Positions 35,527 through 45,684 are shown, counted from the stretch's first letter. The stretch is 64,000 nt of DNA from an uncultured Methanosarcinales archaeon (GCA_964344235.1 CAYFMJ010000001.1:348875-412874), one strand, 5' to 3'. Translations and numbers: made by a program. The notes: generated by a model from the letters alone, not told the origin.

Positions 35527-36156
35527 ATGGATCTTTTAGAGCTTAAGAAAGAGCAACTACGGTTGGCTGAGAAGATTGTACTTGCAGATCGTGTTAATAT
35601 TCGTGAGATTAAGACTGTAGGGGGAGCGGAGTGTGTTCACGTGGGAGATGATTTGGTTGCAGTTGTTGTAGTATGTGAGTTTCCTGCAATGAAATTGTTA
35701 GAGAAACAAACGTATCGGCTATCAAATCCGTTAGGGTTTAGAAATGGGTATCAAGCGTATCGAGAAATGCCAGCAATTATTGAAGCGTTTAACAAGTTGG
35801 AACAAGAGCCAGAGGTGTTATTGGTTAAGGGAACAGGGATAATCCATCCACGCCGTTTTGGTATTGCTTCTCACATTGGGTTAGCGTTGAATGTTCCTAC
35901 GGTTGGAGTGGCGGCGAAGCTGAATTTAGGTAGCGTTGAAAATGGTAAAGTAATTGTTGATTCTGAAGTTCGAGGATTTGAATTTCGGACGCGGGAACAT
36001 GCTAACCCAATTTACATTTCTCCTGGGCATTTAGTGTCGTTGGGTAGCGTGTTGGGAATTATGTCGAAGTTGGTTATTCCTCCCCATAAAATGCCGGAAC
36101 CGTTGCATATTGCACATAAGATTGGTAGGAAAATGAGTAAGAAGGTGAAAGGATGA
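35527..36156 (+). CDS. nfi: Endonuclease V homolog with degenerate active site
   Basis: KEQLRLA, YREMP, HPRRFGIASHIG, PTVGVA, ISPGH, PEPL. Confidence 0.75.
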   Translation: MDLLELKKEQLRLAEKIVLADRVNIREIKTVGGAECVHVGDDLVAVVVVCEFPAMKLLEKQTYRLSNPLGFRNGYQAYREMPAIIEAFNKLEQEPEVLLVKGTGIIHPRRFGIASHIGLALNVPTVGVAAKLNLGSVENGKVIVDSEVRGFEFRTREHANPIYISPGHLVSLGSVLGIMSKLVIPPHKMPEPLHIAHKIGRKMSKKVKG

Positions 36157-36356
36157 GTGAAAAACTGGAGAATCTTGCACGTATTGGCTCGGCAGTAGTG
36201 GGTTTGGGCATTGCGTATCTTGCCCATAATGGTTGTAATGCGGAATTTACTGAAGATTTTTCTCTAACTGTACGACAAACGTTAGAGTTTGGCTATATTG
36301 CAGCAGTGTATGGTGTTAGTTCCTGGTACGTTGGTGGTGATGAAAATGCAGGATAG
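36153..36356 (+). CDS. Small membrane hypothetical protein
   Basis: 67 aa; start overlaps the nfi stop. Confidence 0.45.
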   Translation: MSEKLENLARIGSAVVGLGIAYLAHNGCNAEFTEDFSLTVRQTLEFGYIAAVYGVSSWYVGGDENAG

Positions 36357-36891
36357 ATTCACTGCAGCAATTGATGTGCATTCTTCGTACAGGGAACATT
36401 TCGATAGGCTTTGGGAAGCAGGTGTTCAGTTAGACTATGAACTAGCTCTAGCTTACGCTGCACCAGTGCTTCAAGATAGTATTCCTGTAGCGGTGTCAGA
36501 ACTGGGAGAAATCCCTGAGCCGTATTTGACACGATTGTTCTCAGAGGGAACTCCTAATTTTTTTATTACGGGTGGTTTCTTTCTTGGGTGTTGCTTTAGA
36601 GCTACCGAAACGTTGGTAGCAGAGCAGGTTGCCAGAGGTTTGCCTTCCGTAACCTATACATTTATTGGTGATTTGTTGATTGACCCGAAAAGCACAGAAA
36701 ATTGGAGTGGTCGTCTTCATAGGGTTGGGAGATCTCCAAGAACAACACATGCTCGCCTCTTAAGACAGTTAGGAGGACAGCCCCATGTTTCTTTTAATGG
36801 AGAGAAGGTATATGTTGATGAATCGGCGTCTGGACCAGTGATTGATCTACAGTATTGGATAACTTTAGACAATTATGTTGAGGGAATATAG
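36346..36891 (+). CDS. Hypothetical protein
   Basis: ORF with GGTGGTG SD. Confidence 0.55.
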   Translation: MQDRFTAAIDVHSSYREHFDRLWEAGVQLDYELALAYAAPVLQDSIPVAVSELGEIPEPYLTRLFSEGTPNFFITGGFFLGCCFRATETLVAEQVARGLPSVTYTFIGDLLIDPKSTENWSGRLHRVGRSPRTTHARLLRQLGGQPHVSFNGEKVYVDESASGPVIDLQYWITLDNYVEGI

Positions 36892-36894
36892 AAA

Positions 36895-37013
36895 AGCCCC
36901 GGGCGAGAGTTGAACTCGCGACCTCCTGATATCTTACCATGCTTGTGCTCTATTGAAAACATAGCAGATAGATGGCTACAAGTCAGGTGCTATAGCCACT
37001 AAGCCACCGGGGC
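36895..37013 (-). tRNA. tRNA-Thr(TGT) with canonical 46-nt intron at 37/38 (36931-36976)
   Basis: GCCCCGG/CCGGGGC acceptor, CCTGA-CTTGTA|A-TCAGG; BHB with CTTG/TAAG helix and CCAT/ATGG. Confidence 0.92.
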
Positions 37014-37049
37014 AATATGTGGTACGGGGCAATGACTTCTTTATTAAGT

Positions 37050-37682
37050 TTATCCTTCTTTTAGGTGGGATGGCCAAGCCTGGGATGGATAGAAGTTCCG
37101 CGTTTCTTCGTATGGTAAGTAGCGCTTTAACTTAAACCATTGTTTGATGAAGTTGTTGAGAATGTAACATTCTTGATATAATGCTTTTTTCCGTGATTCA
37201 ATTGTTTTGCGATAAATTCTTTTATTGAAGATGCCAATAACGTTTTTGAGAAGTGAATGTTCTTTAAACTGTTTAAAATATAATGGTTCAATGAACGCCC
37301 GGATATGCAATTCACATTCTCCTTTATGGGCTTTAACTTTCATACCATCTTTGACAACCTCGGTCCCTTTAAGGCCAAGGCAGTGAAAGTCAAGATCTAA
37401 GTAATATTTTAACATCGGAGCATCAGGTGCTTGCTTTGCTAATCTCCAGCGAATCCATAGCTCTTTTGCGCCACCCTGGTCGACTTTTTCGAAGTAATAA
37501 CTCTCCCATTGTTCTTTATTTAGGTCACTCTCATCTGATTTCCAACCATGGTCCCACATCCACTCTTTAAGGGAGTCGTAAAAGGCTTTCATGTCAAAAA
37601 TATCTTTATATTTCATCCGCATGGGGCTAAATTCTGGGAATACGAAGATGAATTTGTTTTTCTTTGGATCCTTTAACGGCAT
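37050..37682 (-). CDS. Hypothetical protein
   Basis: 210-aa ORF. Confidence 0.65.
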   Translation of the reverse strand: MPLKDPKKNKFIFVFPEFSPMRMKYKDIFDMKAFYDSLKEWMWDHGWKSDESDLNKEQWESYYFEKVDQGGAKELWIRWRLAKQAPDAPMLKYYLDLDFHCLGLKGTEVVKDGMKVKAHKGECELHIRAFIEPLYFKQFKEHSLLKNVIGIFNKRIYRKTIESRKKALYQECYILNNFIKQWFKLKRYLPYEETRNFYPSQAWPSHLKEG

Positions 37683-37724
37683 GTTTAGAGGAAGAAAGAG
37701 AGTTATATAAATGTTTTTGAGGGG

Positions 37725-38240
37725 TTAGAATTGAATTTTTTTCTTAAACCACAGGTAGAAGAGCCATGCTGTGCCTAGCCCCATGTCAACAATTGCTTCT
37801 CGTACTGTTGCAATGAGTTGTTCGCCAGACATCTTAGAGAATCCAAATAGAGAGGGATCAAGTTGCATTATGCCGTCTTGGAGTGAGAAGAATAATGTGG
37901 AAGGCCATAACAGGGTGGTTCCGGGATATGTTAAGATATCGAGAGCAACGTGGGTGAGGATGCCGGCGGAGATTGCTGTCGCAAATTGTTTTTTTTCGTT
38001 TGATTTGTAGAATATAAAGTAAACGAGTGTGAACATAATAATGGCGAAGAGAATGCTGTGGCTGAATGTTCTATGCAAGTCTGTTTTGAAGACCCAATCA
38101 ATAATAAGATCTGCATCGGGGAGAATACTTCCGAATAAAAGGAAGAACCACGTATTGTGCGAGATGGTTTTTTTTGTGATTTTCTGGTAAATAGTACCAA
38201 CAATCCAGGCAACAATGAGGTGTGTAAATGCAAAAGCCAT
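37725..38240 (-). CDS. YdjM/DUF457-like metal-dependent membrane hydrolase
   Basis: THL, GSILPDADL, HRTFSHS, THVALD. Confidence 0.8.
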   Translation of the reverse strand: MAFAFTHLIVAWIVGTIYQKITKKTISHNTWFFLLFGSILPDADLIIDWVFKTDLHRTFSHSILFAIIMFTLVYFIFYKSNEKKQFATAISAGILTHVALDILTYPGTTLLWPSTLFFSLQDGIMQLDPSLFGFSKMSGEQLIATVREAIVDMGLGTAWLFYLWFKKKIQF

Positions 38241-38247
38241 TTTATCT

Positions 38248-38362
38248 GAGTTAAGCCTTTTTCAGTGAGCAGGGCACGGCACGATTACGGTGACTTATTG
38301 AATCTTTTATTCTACGCCACCGTGTGCCTCCATTGGCGCTGCTCACTTACACGGCTTAACTC
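38248..38362 (-). ncRNA. Candidate structured RNA or 5' leader (115-nt interrupted hairpin)
   Basis: Nested perfect stems of 10, 8, 5 and 6 bp; TATA-like box at 38381-38388; strand inferred from promoter position. Confidence 0.45.
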
Positions 38363-38410
38363 TTATTTTTTTACTTAATATTTATATAAGTACTGTTTTT
38401 TGGATCTAGC

Positions 38411-39604
38411 ATGTTAGTTGGAATTGTGGGAAAACCAAATGTTGGGAAATCAACGTTCTTTAAGGCGTTGACTCTGGCAGAGGCGGAGATAGCAAACTAT
38501 CCGTTCGCAACAATTAAACCAAATGAGGGTGTCGGTTATGTGCGTGTTAAATCTGCTGCGCAGGATTTTGGAAAAGAGCCGAACCCACGTGAAGGGTATT
38601 ATTTGAACGGCTGGCGGTTTGTGCCTGTTAAGGTAATAGATGTTGCAGGGCTGGTTCCGGGAGCACATGAAGGAAAAGGTATGGGTAACCAATTTCTGGA
38701 TGATTTACGACAAGCAGATGTGTTGATTCATGTGATTGATGTGTCTGGGGGAACGAATGAAAAGGGAGAAACGGTTGAAGTAGGAAGTTATGATCCTGTG
38801 GAAGATGTACGTTTCTTAGAAGTGGAACTAGATATGTGGTATCTTGGCATTTTACAGAAAGGTTGGGAGAAGTTTGCTCGAACAGTTGTGCAAGAAAAGA
38901 GAGAAATTCATGTTGCGCTTGCGAAACAAGTGTCGGGTTTAGGAGTTACAGAAGAGATGATTGAAGATGCTATTGGTGTTTTGAGTTTAGATAAAGATAA
39001 ACCGCAGTTATGGGGGGCTAATGATTTAAAGAAGTTAGCAGTTGCGTTACGCCGTAAGACAAAGCCAATGATTATTGCGTGTAATAAAGTTGATGTCCCC
39101 GGAGCAGCAGAGAATTTAGAAAGGTTGCGCAAGGAATTTTCAGATTATATGTTTGTTGGCTGTTCTGCCGAATCAGAGTTAGCGTTGAAAGAAGCGGCTA
39201 AAGGAGAATTGGTTGAGTATGTCCCTGGTAGTGAAAAGTTTGAAGTGAAAGGAGACTTGAATGAGAAGCAACAGGCAGCGTTACATTTTATTCAAGAGAA
39301 TATTTTAGGCAAATTTAATTCTACTGGTGTGCAGACTGTTATAGATAAAGCAGTGTTCGAATTGCTAAAGTATATCGCGATTTTCCCAGGAGGAGCAAGC
39401 AAGTTAGAGGATAAAGATGGAAATGTCTTGCCGGATTGTTTTTTATTGCAAGAGGGAAGTACAGCGCTTGATTTTGCATATAAATTGCATACAGATTTAG
39501 GTAAGAATTTTATCCGAGCGATAGATGTGCGGACAAAGAGGACGGTTGGAAAAGATCACCTATTGCAACATCGAGATGTAGTGGAGATTGTTGCAGGGAG
39601 ATGA
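38411..39604 (+). CDS. ychF: Obg-family ATPase YchF (archaeal type) with TGS domain
   Basis: [30 protein letters not shown]. Confidence 0.9.
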   Translation: MLVGIVGKPNVGKSTFFKALTLAEAEIANYPFATIKPNEGVGYVRVKSAAQDFGKEPNPREGYYLNGWRFVPVKVIDVAGLVPGAHEGKGMGNQFLDDLRQADVLIHVIDVSGGTNEKGETVEVGSYDPVEDVRFLEVELDMWYLGILQKGWEKFARTVVQEKREIHVALAKQVSGLGVTEEMIEDAIGVLSLDKDKPQLWGANDLKKLAVALRRKTKPMIIACNKVDVPGAAENLERLRKEFSDYMFVGCSAESELALKEAAKGELVEYVPGSEKFEVKGDLNEKQQAALHFIQENILGKFNSTGVQTVIDKAVFELLKYIAIFPGGASKLEDKDGNVLPDCFLLQEGSTALDFAYKLHTDLGKNFIRAIDVRTKRTVGKDHLLQHRDVVEIVAGR

Positions 39605-39670
39605 TATTGTTTTCTATCTATGGTTTCTTCTACCTAAATAGTTAAATATGCTTTTTTCAATAATAGTTTT

Positions 39671-40957
39671 ATGGGGTGGCTCCAACGTATTTTTAGTGGA
39701 TTGCGGTCTGATTCAGGGTCAGAGATGGTTGAAGTTCTGCCAGTAGCAGAGATTATTAGCTGGCTACAGACCCAGCGACAGCATTGCATTACTCGTTTTG
39801 AGTTAGAGAGGCATGCTAGCGTTTATTTGAAAAAATTGGCTTCTCGACGGTGGTTTGTTGAGTGTAAGTTAGATGAATGGGAAAAGAATGTTGCTGGTTT
39901 TTCAGATCCTATCCGTGAAGAGGTTGCTGAAATGTTTAGAGTATTACGCTATGCCCTTGATCAAATTCCAGAACGACAAGAAAGTCCCGTATCAACAGTT
40001 ATTATGTTTCATAGAGGGTTTGGGAAGTCTATTGAAGAACTTTTTAAGTTGCTTAAGAAAAGTGATTTTGAGCATTCTTTCACTCCAATCATGACAGAAG
40101 ATGATAAACGGGAACAGCAAGGGACTCTCGTTAACCCGTTCTATAAAGAATTATTAGAGTTAAATGACCGATGGTTGGTGTTTGAACAGCAAATTATTCG
40201 AAGTGGTTTAAAGAAGATGGATAGTATTGAGAAACGTGCTAGGGTTCTTATTGATAAAGAAGGGCAGTTACGTGAACTTGCTGAGACCGTAATGGAACGG
40301 CAAGAGCGGTTACGTTTGTTGGGTCGTAAGAAGATAGAAAAAGAAACCGAATTACAGGAGTTGCAGAAGGAGGAGGAGTACCAAGAATATGTTCAACACC
40401 AACGCATGAAAGAGAGTGTGCAAAGTCAAATGGTGCAGTTGGAACAAGAAATTGTTAACTTTTTCACACCAATCCTCCCTCTGTTTGCGAAGTTACCTCT
40501 TGGAGAAGAAACGCGTCGTTTCTTACAGAGATATAGCGATGATGTTGTGATGGCATTTCGGGATGATGAGTTTTTGCAAATTACACATTGTATTGATCAT
40601 GTGAAAGCTTTGCATGGTTCAGGAAAATTAGAAGAGATTTCGTTTGAGGCAACAGAATTATTAGAGAAAGATATTGCAGTCGTATTGAAAGATCTCCAGA
40701 GAAGACTCAATGTTTTGTCTCAAGAGAAAGGAAGAGTGAGGGTTTCCAGTGTAAAAAGTGATTTTGCACAGAAGGTGGAAGAAGTACAATATCGGGTTGA
40801 TCATTTTACACGCCAGCATGATAGCTTGGAGGAAGCGTTTGGTGAAGTTGATGAAAAGAAGCAAGAGCTTGAAGATACGTATACCAATAAGGTTCTGGAA
40901 TTCCAAAACCTGGTGAGTGTGGGGTTAGGCAAACAGATTCGGGTCACGTCTCGCTAA
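39671..40957 (+). CDS. Coiled-coil hypothetical protein
   Basis: E/K/Q-rich heptad pattern, 428 aa. Confidence 0.65.
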   Translation: MGWLQRIFSGLRSDSGSEMVEVLPVAEIISWLQTQRQHCITRFELERHASVYLKKLASRRWFVECKLDEWEKNVAGFSDPIREEVAEMFRVLRYALDQIPERQESPVSTVIMFHRGFGKSIEELFKLLKKSDFEHSFTPIMTEDDKREQQGTLVNPFYKELLELNDRWLVFEQQIIRSGLKKMDSIEKRARVLIDKEGQLRELAETVMERQERLRLLGRKKIEKETELQELQKEEEYQEYVQHQRMKESVQSQMVQLEQEIVNFFTPILPLFAKLPLGEETRRFLQRYSDDVVMAFRDDEFLQITHCIDHVKALHGSGKLEEISFEATELLEKDIAVVLKDLQRRLNVLSQEKGRVRVSSVKSDFAQKVEEVQYRVDHFTRQHDSLEEAFGEVDEKKQELEDTYTNKVLEFQNLVSVGLGKQIRVTSR

Positions 40958-42145
40958 TTTCTTAAACCGTTTGTAGTTTTTTTCTAATGCAATTATTGCA
41001 GGTAATGGTTTGCCTGAAAGGAGAAGTAAACTTGCTCCCCCTCCTGTTGAAACGTGGCTTAATTTATGTTCTAAATGGAATTTTGTTACTGCGTCAGCAG
41101 TTTCTCCACCGCCGCAAATAGTTGTTGCAGTGAGTGTCGTGAGGAATCTCCCTATCGTTTTTGTTGCAGTGGCAAATGGTGTCCATTCGTAATACCCAAG
41201 AGGACCGTTCCAAATAATTGTATGAGCTGTTCGTAGTTTTTGTTTGAAGAGTTTTATCGTTTCCGGCCCAAGGTCAAGGCCGATTTGTCGGTTTGTAAAT
41301 TGGTTGGCTTTTGTAGTTGTTGTTTTTGCTCTTGCTGAGAATTTTTCTGTTGTTATGAAATCAGGTGGTAAAATGATCTTTCTTGCATTTCTTTTTTTGA
41401 GAATCTTTCTTGCGATGCGAAATGATTGAACATCTGTTTTTGACATTCCTATTGGGAAACCTCTCGCTTTCATAAAAGCGAAGGCAAGCGCTCCTCCCAC
41501 GAGGATATAATCTGCTTTTTTGAGTGCTTGATTGATGGGTGGGATTTTGTCAAGTTTTGCCCCTCCTAAAATCCAGATTGCAGGGCGTTTTGGTTGTAAC
41601 GCTTTCTGAAGGTAATGTATCTCTTTTTCTAATGAAAGTCCTGGAAGTGATGGGATGAATTTCGTGATAGCGTGCATTGATGCGTGTTTTCGATGTGAAT
41701 TGGAGAACGCTTCGTTAATGTACACATCTGCTAAGTTGGCTAGGGCATGTGCAAACACTGGGTTATTGCTGCGTTCTTCTTTGTAAAACCGTACGTTCTC
41801 TAAAAGGATGATTTGTTTCGGCTTTGCTTTCTCAATTATTGCTTTGACGTGTTTACCAATACAATCGTTAGTGTAGGTGATTTTAGTTTGTGGGAAATGT
41901 TTCTTTAGTTCTTTCAGTAATTGTTTTGTTGAGAACTCTTTCGTGTGTTTACCTTTCGGCCTGCCTACATGTGTGAGAAGAATTATTTTACAATTTTGTT
42001 TTTGTAAGAATTTGATAGTGGGAATTGCAGAGAGAATACGCCAATTATTCATTACTTTTCCACTCTTCAATGGGACGTCGAAGTTTACTCTTACTAAAAC
42101 GGTTTTATTCTGTACTGGGAACGTTTTTAGAGAGAATAGTTTCAT
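40925..42145 (-). CDS. pgk: Phosphoglycerate kinase (divergent)
   Basis: THVGRP, LLENVRF, HAS, GGAK, WNGPLG, STGGGASL. Confidence 0.88.
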   Translation of the reverse strand: MKLFSLKTFPVQNKTVLVRVNFDVPLKSGKVMNNWRILSAIPTIKFLQKQNCKIILLTHVGRPKGKHTKEFSTKQLLKELKKHFPQTKITYTNDCIGKHVKAIIEKAKPKQIILLENVRFYKEERSNNPVFAHALANLADVYINEAFSNSHRKHASMHAITKFIPSLPGLSLEKEIHYLQKALQPKRPAIWILGGAKLDKIPPINQALKKADYILVGGALAFAFMKARGFPIGMSKTDVQSFRIARKILKKRNARKIILPPDFITTEKFSARAKTTTTKANQFTNRQIGLDLGPETIKLFKQKLRTAHTIIWNGPLGYYEWTPFATATKTIGRFLTTLTATTICGGGETADAVTKFHLEHKLSHVSTGGGASLLLLSGKPLPAIIALEKNYKRFKKLARRDPNLFA

Positions 42146-42176
42146 AGTTTGAAGAATTGTTTGGGGTATATAAAAT

Positions 42177-43394
42177 TTATTCCGTGTTAAGAAGCTTACT
42201 CATATCTTCTTTGACACGTTTTTGGAAGTCAGTGGTAGTTTCACCCTCTTTCTTTGTGGTGTTGATTGTGGTGAGGAGAGATTTGATAAGATGGAGTTCG
42301 GTTTCTTTGTTGAATACAGTGGTTTGTTGCAGGTGTTCTTTGATTGTTTCTTCTTCCACCGTTTCAGGGTTGGCAGCTTGACCCAGAGCAATTTCTTCGT
42401 ATTCTGATGAATTCAATTTTGCCGTGTTTTTCATCACAAAATACGCGTTTTTTTGATATAATTGTGTGAAGATCTCTTTGAAGTTGATGTTAGTTGTGTT
42501 GCCTGATGAAAGAGTGCCGTGGAAGCGTAGAGTGACAATGGTATTCGTGAGGTCTTGGTTTTCGAAGTGTTGGAGAGTTTCGTAAGTGATAATGTCAGGG
42601 GTTTTGTTATCGCAGTTGATTTTTAGTGAAGCATGTTTGATGACTTCTAATGGTTTCCATTCTACTGTTTCGTTTGTTATTAGGTAGTAGCCACCTTTCC
42701 CGTATTGTTCTAATTCTTGGAAGTTGTTTGGGAATAATGCGCCAGGGTAGGTAACGCAGGGATAGTTTGGCTGTTCTATTTTTGTTGGATGATGAATATG
42801 GCCGCCAGCGTAGTAGTTGAATTTTTTTGGGAGGAATGATAAAGGAGCAGAATCAATAATCGCTAAACTTTTAGGTAGCATTTCTGTGATTGAGGTATGG
42901 AACATAAAAATTTTGTAGCCTGGCTCGTTTTCTAGGGAGGGTCGGTGGAGGTTTTCGTAATAGGTTTGATCGAGTTGACCTTTTCTTCCTAAAATTCCTG
43001 TTATTTTTACTTGCGTTTTTGGATCTGTTGTGAATTTGAGATGGAGTTCTTTTGTTTCCTGGTTGATGTCTCCCTTGCAGACGTTTGTTAATAGACCCGC
43101 GTTTTCTAATACGCCAATCATTGTTTTTCCTGAAGGGGAGAAGTCGTGGGAACCTGCGATAACGTAGAGCGGAATGTTGTGATCTTTCAAATCTTTAATT
43201 TTTTTTGTTACTATTTTCAGTGTGTCTACTGCTGGAAGGGAAGTGTTGAAGAGATCTCCTGCGAAAAGAATGAAGTCTACCTGTTGTAGGATACATTCAT
43301 CGATTGCTTGTAGGAACGCTTTGGTGGAAAGAGCACGCATTTTTTCTTCTCGCCATGCACCTAAATGGAGATCTGCTAAGTGAGCATATTTCAT
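42177..43394 (-). CDS. mre11: Mre11/SbcD nuclease
   Basis: ADLHLG, AGDLF, GSHD, GHIH, YPG. Confidence 0.88.
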   Translation of the reverse strand: MKYAHLADLHLGAWREEKMRALSTKAFLQAIDECILQQVDFILFAGDLFNTSLPAVDTLKIVTKKIKDLKDHNIPLYVIAGSHDFSPSGKTMIGVLENAGLLTNVCKGDINQETKELHLKFTTDPKTQVKITGILGRKGQLDQTYYENLHRPSLENEPGYKIFMFHTSITEMLPKSLAIIDSAPLSFLPKKFNYYAGGHIHHPTKIEQPNYPCVTYPGALFPNNFQELEQYGKGGYYLITNETVEWKPLEVIKHASLKINCDNKTPDIITYETLQHFENQDLTNTIVTLRFHGTLSSGNTTNINFKEIFTQLYQKNAYFVMKNTAKLNSSEYEEIALGQAANPETVEEETIKEHLQQTTVFNKETELHLIKSLLTTINTTKKEGETTTDFQKRVKEDMSKLLNTE

Positions 43395-43473
43395 GCACTA
43401 TTTTTTGGCTGAGAAGTTTATATGGATTGTTGTTGTGGAGAAGGTTTTTATACAATCTTTCATTACTTGCTCT

Positions 43474-43980
43474 ATGGGAAAATTAGTAACTATTCCGAAT
43501 GTTATAACTCTTGTTCGTGGGTTTCTTTTAATTCCCGTGTTATACTACTTGTTTCAGGGAGATGTAATGGTGGCATCGGTTCTTGTTGCAGTGAATGTGT
43601 TTATGGATTTTTTGGATGGCTATCTCGCTCGGACATTGAAACAAGAGTCAGAATTGGGGAAGAAGTTAGATCCAATTGTTGATGGTATGTTCTCAATTAC
43701 GCTTTTGCTGAGTGTTTTTGTTTTGGATTATATCTCGTTGATAATTGTTTTAGTTATCTTATTAGCAAAATTGGTTTCTTTTACTGCAGGAACAATGCAT
43801 GTTCGTAAAGGAAAGCCAAAACTTCCTGTGCATCAATACTTTCATAGGCCCGTTGCTGGCTTGATTTTTTTTACGTTAATTGTAGCGTTGATTTATGGCG
43901 AAACAATTTATGTTCTTGTTAATGCAGTTCTGTATCTTTTAGTAAGTCTTGTGTACCTATACTATGCTTGGAAACTATAA
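43474..43980 (+). CDS. CDP-alcohol phosphatidyltransferase
   Basis: IPNVIT and DFLDGYLAR...GKKLDPIVD signature. Confidence 0.85.
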   Translation: MGKLVTIPNVITLVRGFLLIPVLYYLFQGDVMVASVLVAVNVFMDFLDGYLARTLKQESELGKKLDPIVDGMFSITLLLSVFVLDYISLIIVLVILLAKLVSFTAGTMHVRKGKPKLPVHQYFHRPVAGLIFFTLIVALIYGETIYVLVNAVLYLLVSLVYLYYAWKL

Positions 43981-44019
43981 CAAAGGAATGTTTTTATACT
44001 TTTGAAGAATCGTTTCCGT

Positions 44020-44478
44020 ATGGCGATGTTTTATGTTCTGTATTTTGGGTTAGGAATATTAGTGTCGCTGTTCTTTGCGTTGTTGGAGATACAAATTGAG
44101 GGAAAGAATGGTTGGGCACGAAAGTTGCCAACATGGCGGAAGAAGTTTTCGTTTACTAAGTTTATTCCAGGAGCTGATAAAGAAATTACAGGATATCATC
44201 TCTATATGGGTTTGTATCGATTTTCAATTTTACACGTTGTGTTTATTTTTATCGAATGGAGTGTTGGTATAGAATTGTTGTTAATTTCATTCCATTTGTT
44301 TGTGAGTAGAGTGGAAGACTTCCTGTGGTTTGTGCTCAACCCCGCGTATGGAATTAAGAAATTTAAGAAAGAATTCATCCCGTGGCATCCAACATGGTTT
44401 TTAGGATTGCCAGTACAGTATTACACTTCAATTATTGTGTGGGGTTTGTTGTTCTGGAGTGGATTACAATTATTGTAA
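44020..44478 (+). CDS. Hypothetical membrane protein
   Basis: EIQIEGKNGWARKLPTW, EDFLWFVLNP; hydrophobic. Confidence 0.6.
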   Translation: MAMFYVLYFGLGILVSLFFALLEIQIEGKNGWARKLPTWRKKFSFTKFIPGADKEITGYHLYMGLYRFSILHVVFIFIEWSVGIELLLISFHLFVSRVEDFLWFVLNPAYGIKKFKKEFIPWHPTWFLGLPVQYYTSIIVWGLLFWSGLQLL

Positions 44479-45150
44479 ATGGTTGAGAATTATTTCAGGA
44501 GCTTCTTGCCAATCCCTTATGGGAATGACATTGCCATTTTGACTTTCGTACTCTTCTGATCCTGGACCGAAAAGAAAGAATTTTCCTCTGTATTGTAGCC
44601 TCTCTGCATGACGAGCAATTCCAGTATTATCATCAAGCGCACCTGATACAATAGGATATAGCCTCTCTAAAACCATTGCTTTCCAGGTCGTATGATGGAG
44701 ATCTGCGATGGTTCTATCACGAAGCATGATTGGCTTTTGTGGAAACCCATGCTCTTCTAACCACTCCCGTGTTTCCTGTTCCATATCGTCAGTTCTTGCA
44801 GTCACATAGCATGATACTAGCCCTGCTTCTTCTAAGAGCTGTATCCCCTCTCGGGCACCTTTCATTGGTGAAAAAGTTCTGTGAAATGCAGGGTCGTACG
44901 CCATTGTTTTGTATAGTAGCCGTGCTTCCGGTAAACCACCCCAATAAATCGGTTCTCCATTAAGAGCATAGTGTCGCTTTGCACTTTCTACAGTAATGTG
45001 CATACCTGTGGGTGGAGGAAAATCTTGGCTAAGACGTTCAATAAACGCTGCAGTTGTTTCACTTAGGCTGTCATCAATGTCAATAGCTAAACCAGAATAA
45101 CCATTGAGCTGTGCACCGAATGTTGCGATTTGTTTTGCGAGTTTTCCCAT
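44470..45150 (-). CDS. HAD-superfamily 5'(3')-nucleotidase-like protein
   Basis: AIDIDDSL, YVTAR, LDD. Confidence 0.7.
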   Translation of the reverse strand: MGKLAKQIATFGAQLNGYSGLAIDIDDSLSETTAAFIERLSQDFPPPTGMHITVESAKRHYALNGEPIYWGGLPEARLLYKTMAYDPAFHRTFSPMKGAREGIQLLEEAGLVSCYVTARTDDMEQETREWLEEHGFPQKPIMLRDRTIADLHHTTWKAMVLERLYPIVSGALDDNTGIARHAERLQYRGKFFLFGPGSEEYESQNGNVIPIRDWQEAPEIILNHLQ

Positions 45151-45153
45151 AAT

Positions 45154-45462
45154 TTACTCTAGAATTTTTTGTAACTCTCCAGATTCGGCTAATTGTAAAG
45201 TAATATCGCAACCACCAATGAGCTTGCCGTTAACCCATAATTGGGGAAATGTTGGCCAATTAGCGAATTCTTTGACTCCCTGTCTGATAGATTCATCTTC
45301 CAGAACGTCAAACGATTTGAATTCTGCATTATGTTGTTTTAAAACTTCCACCACTTTCATTGAGAAACCACATTGTGGTTGTTCGGGAGTGCCTTTCATG
45401 AAAAGAAATATTCTACTTGAGTTAATGAGTTCTTGAATTCTGTGTTGTAATTGTTCGTCCAT
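45154..45462 (-). CDS. grxD: Monothiol glutaredoxin (Grx4 type)
   Basis: FMKGTP..PQCGFS, WPTFPQL, GGCD. Confidence 0.92.
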   Translation of the reverse strand: MDEQLQHRIQELINSSRIFLFMKGTPEQPQCGFSMKVVEVLKQHNAEFKSFDVLEDESIRQGVKEFANWPTFPQLWVNGKLIGGCDITLQLAESGELQKILE

Positions 45463-45474
45463 TTTATAGAAAAA

Positions 45475-45681
45475 TTATGCCTGCTGTGCTTCACTTAGTA
45501 CTTCTTGACTTAGTGTTTTGCTTGCATTTAACACTTCTACGCCAATAAGTTTGTCGTTTTCGTTGAAATCAAGAATTATGTTATCGTTTAAACCAATTGT
45601 TTTCTTTGCTTCACCCTCTTTGATGGGGTATTGCAAATAGATATAGGCTGCGTCTACTTCTTTGTCGTATTCTAATTTCAT
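45475..45681 (-). CDS. DUF2283-family protein (putative antitoxin)
   Basis: YDKEVDAAYIYL...ILDF...GVEVLNAS. Confidence 0.8.
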   Translation of the reverse strand: MKLEYDKEVDAAYIYLQYPIKEGEAKKTIGLNDNIILDFNENDKLIGVEVLNASKTLSQEVLSEAQQA

Positions 45682-45684
45682 TTT

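Noticed and set aside
38248-38362. SRP RNA or tRNA fragment
   Set aside because: No GNRA-capped helix 8 with the SRP54 internal loop, and no cloverleaf or T-loop.
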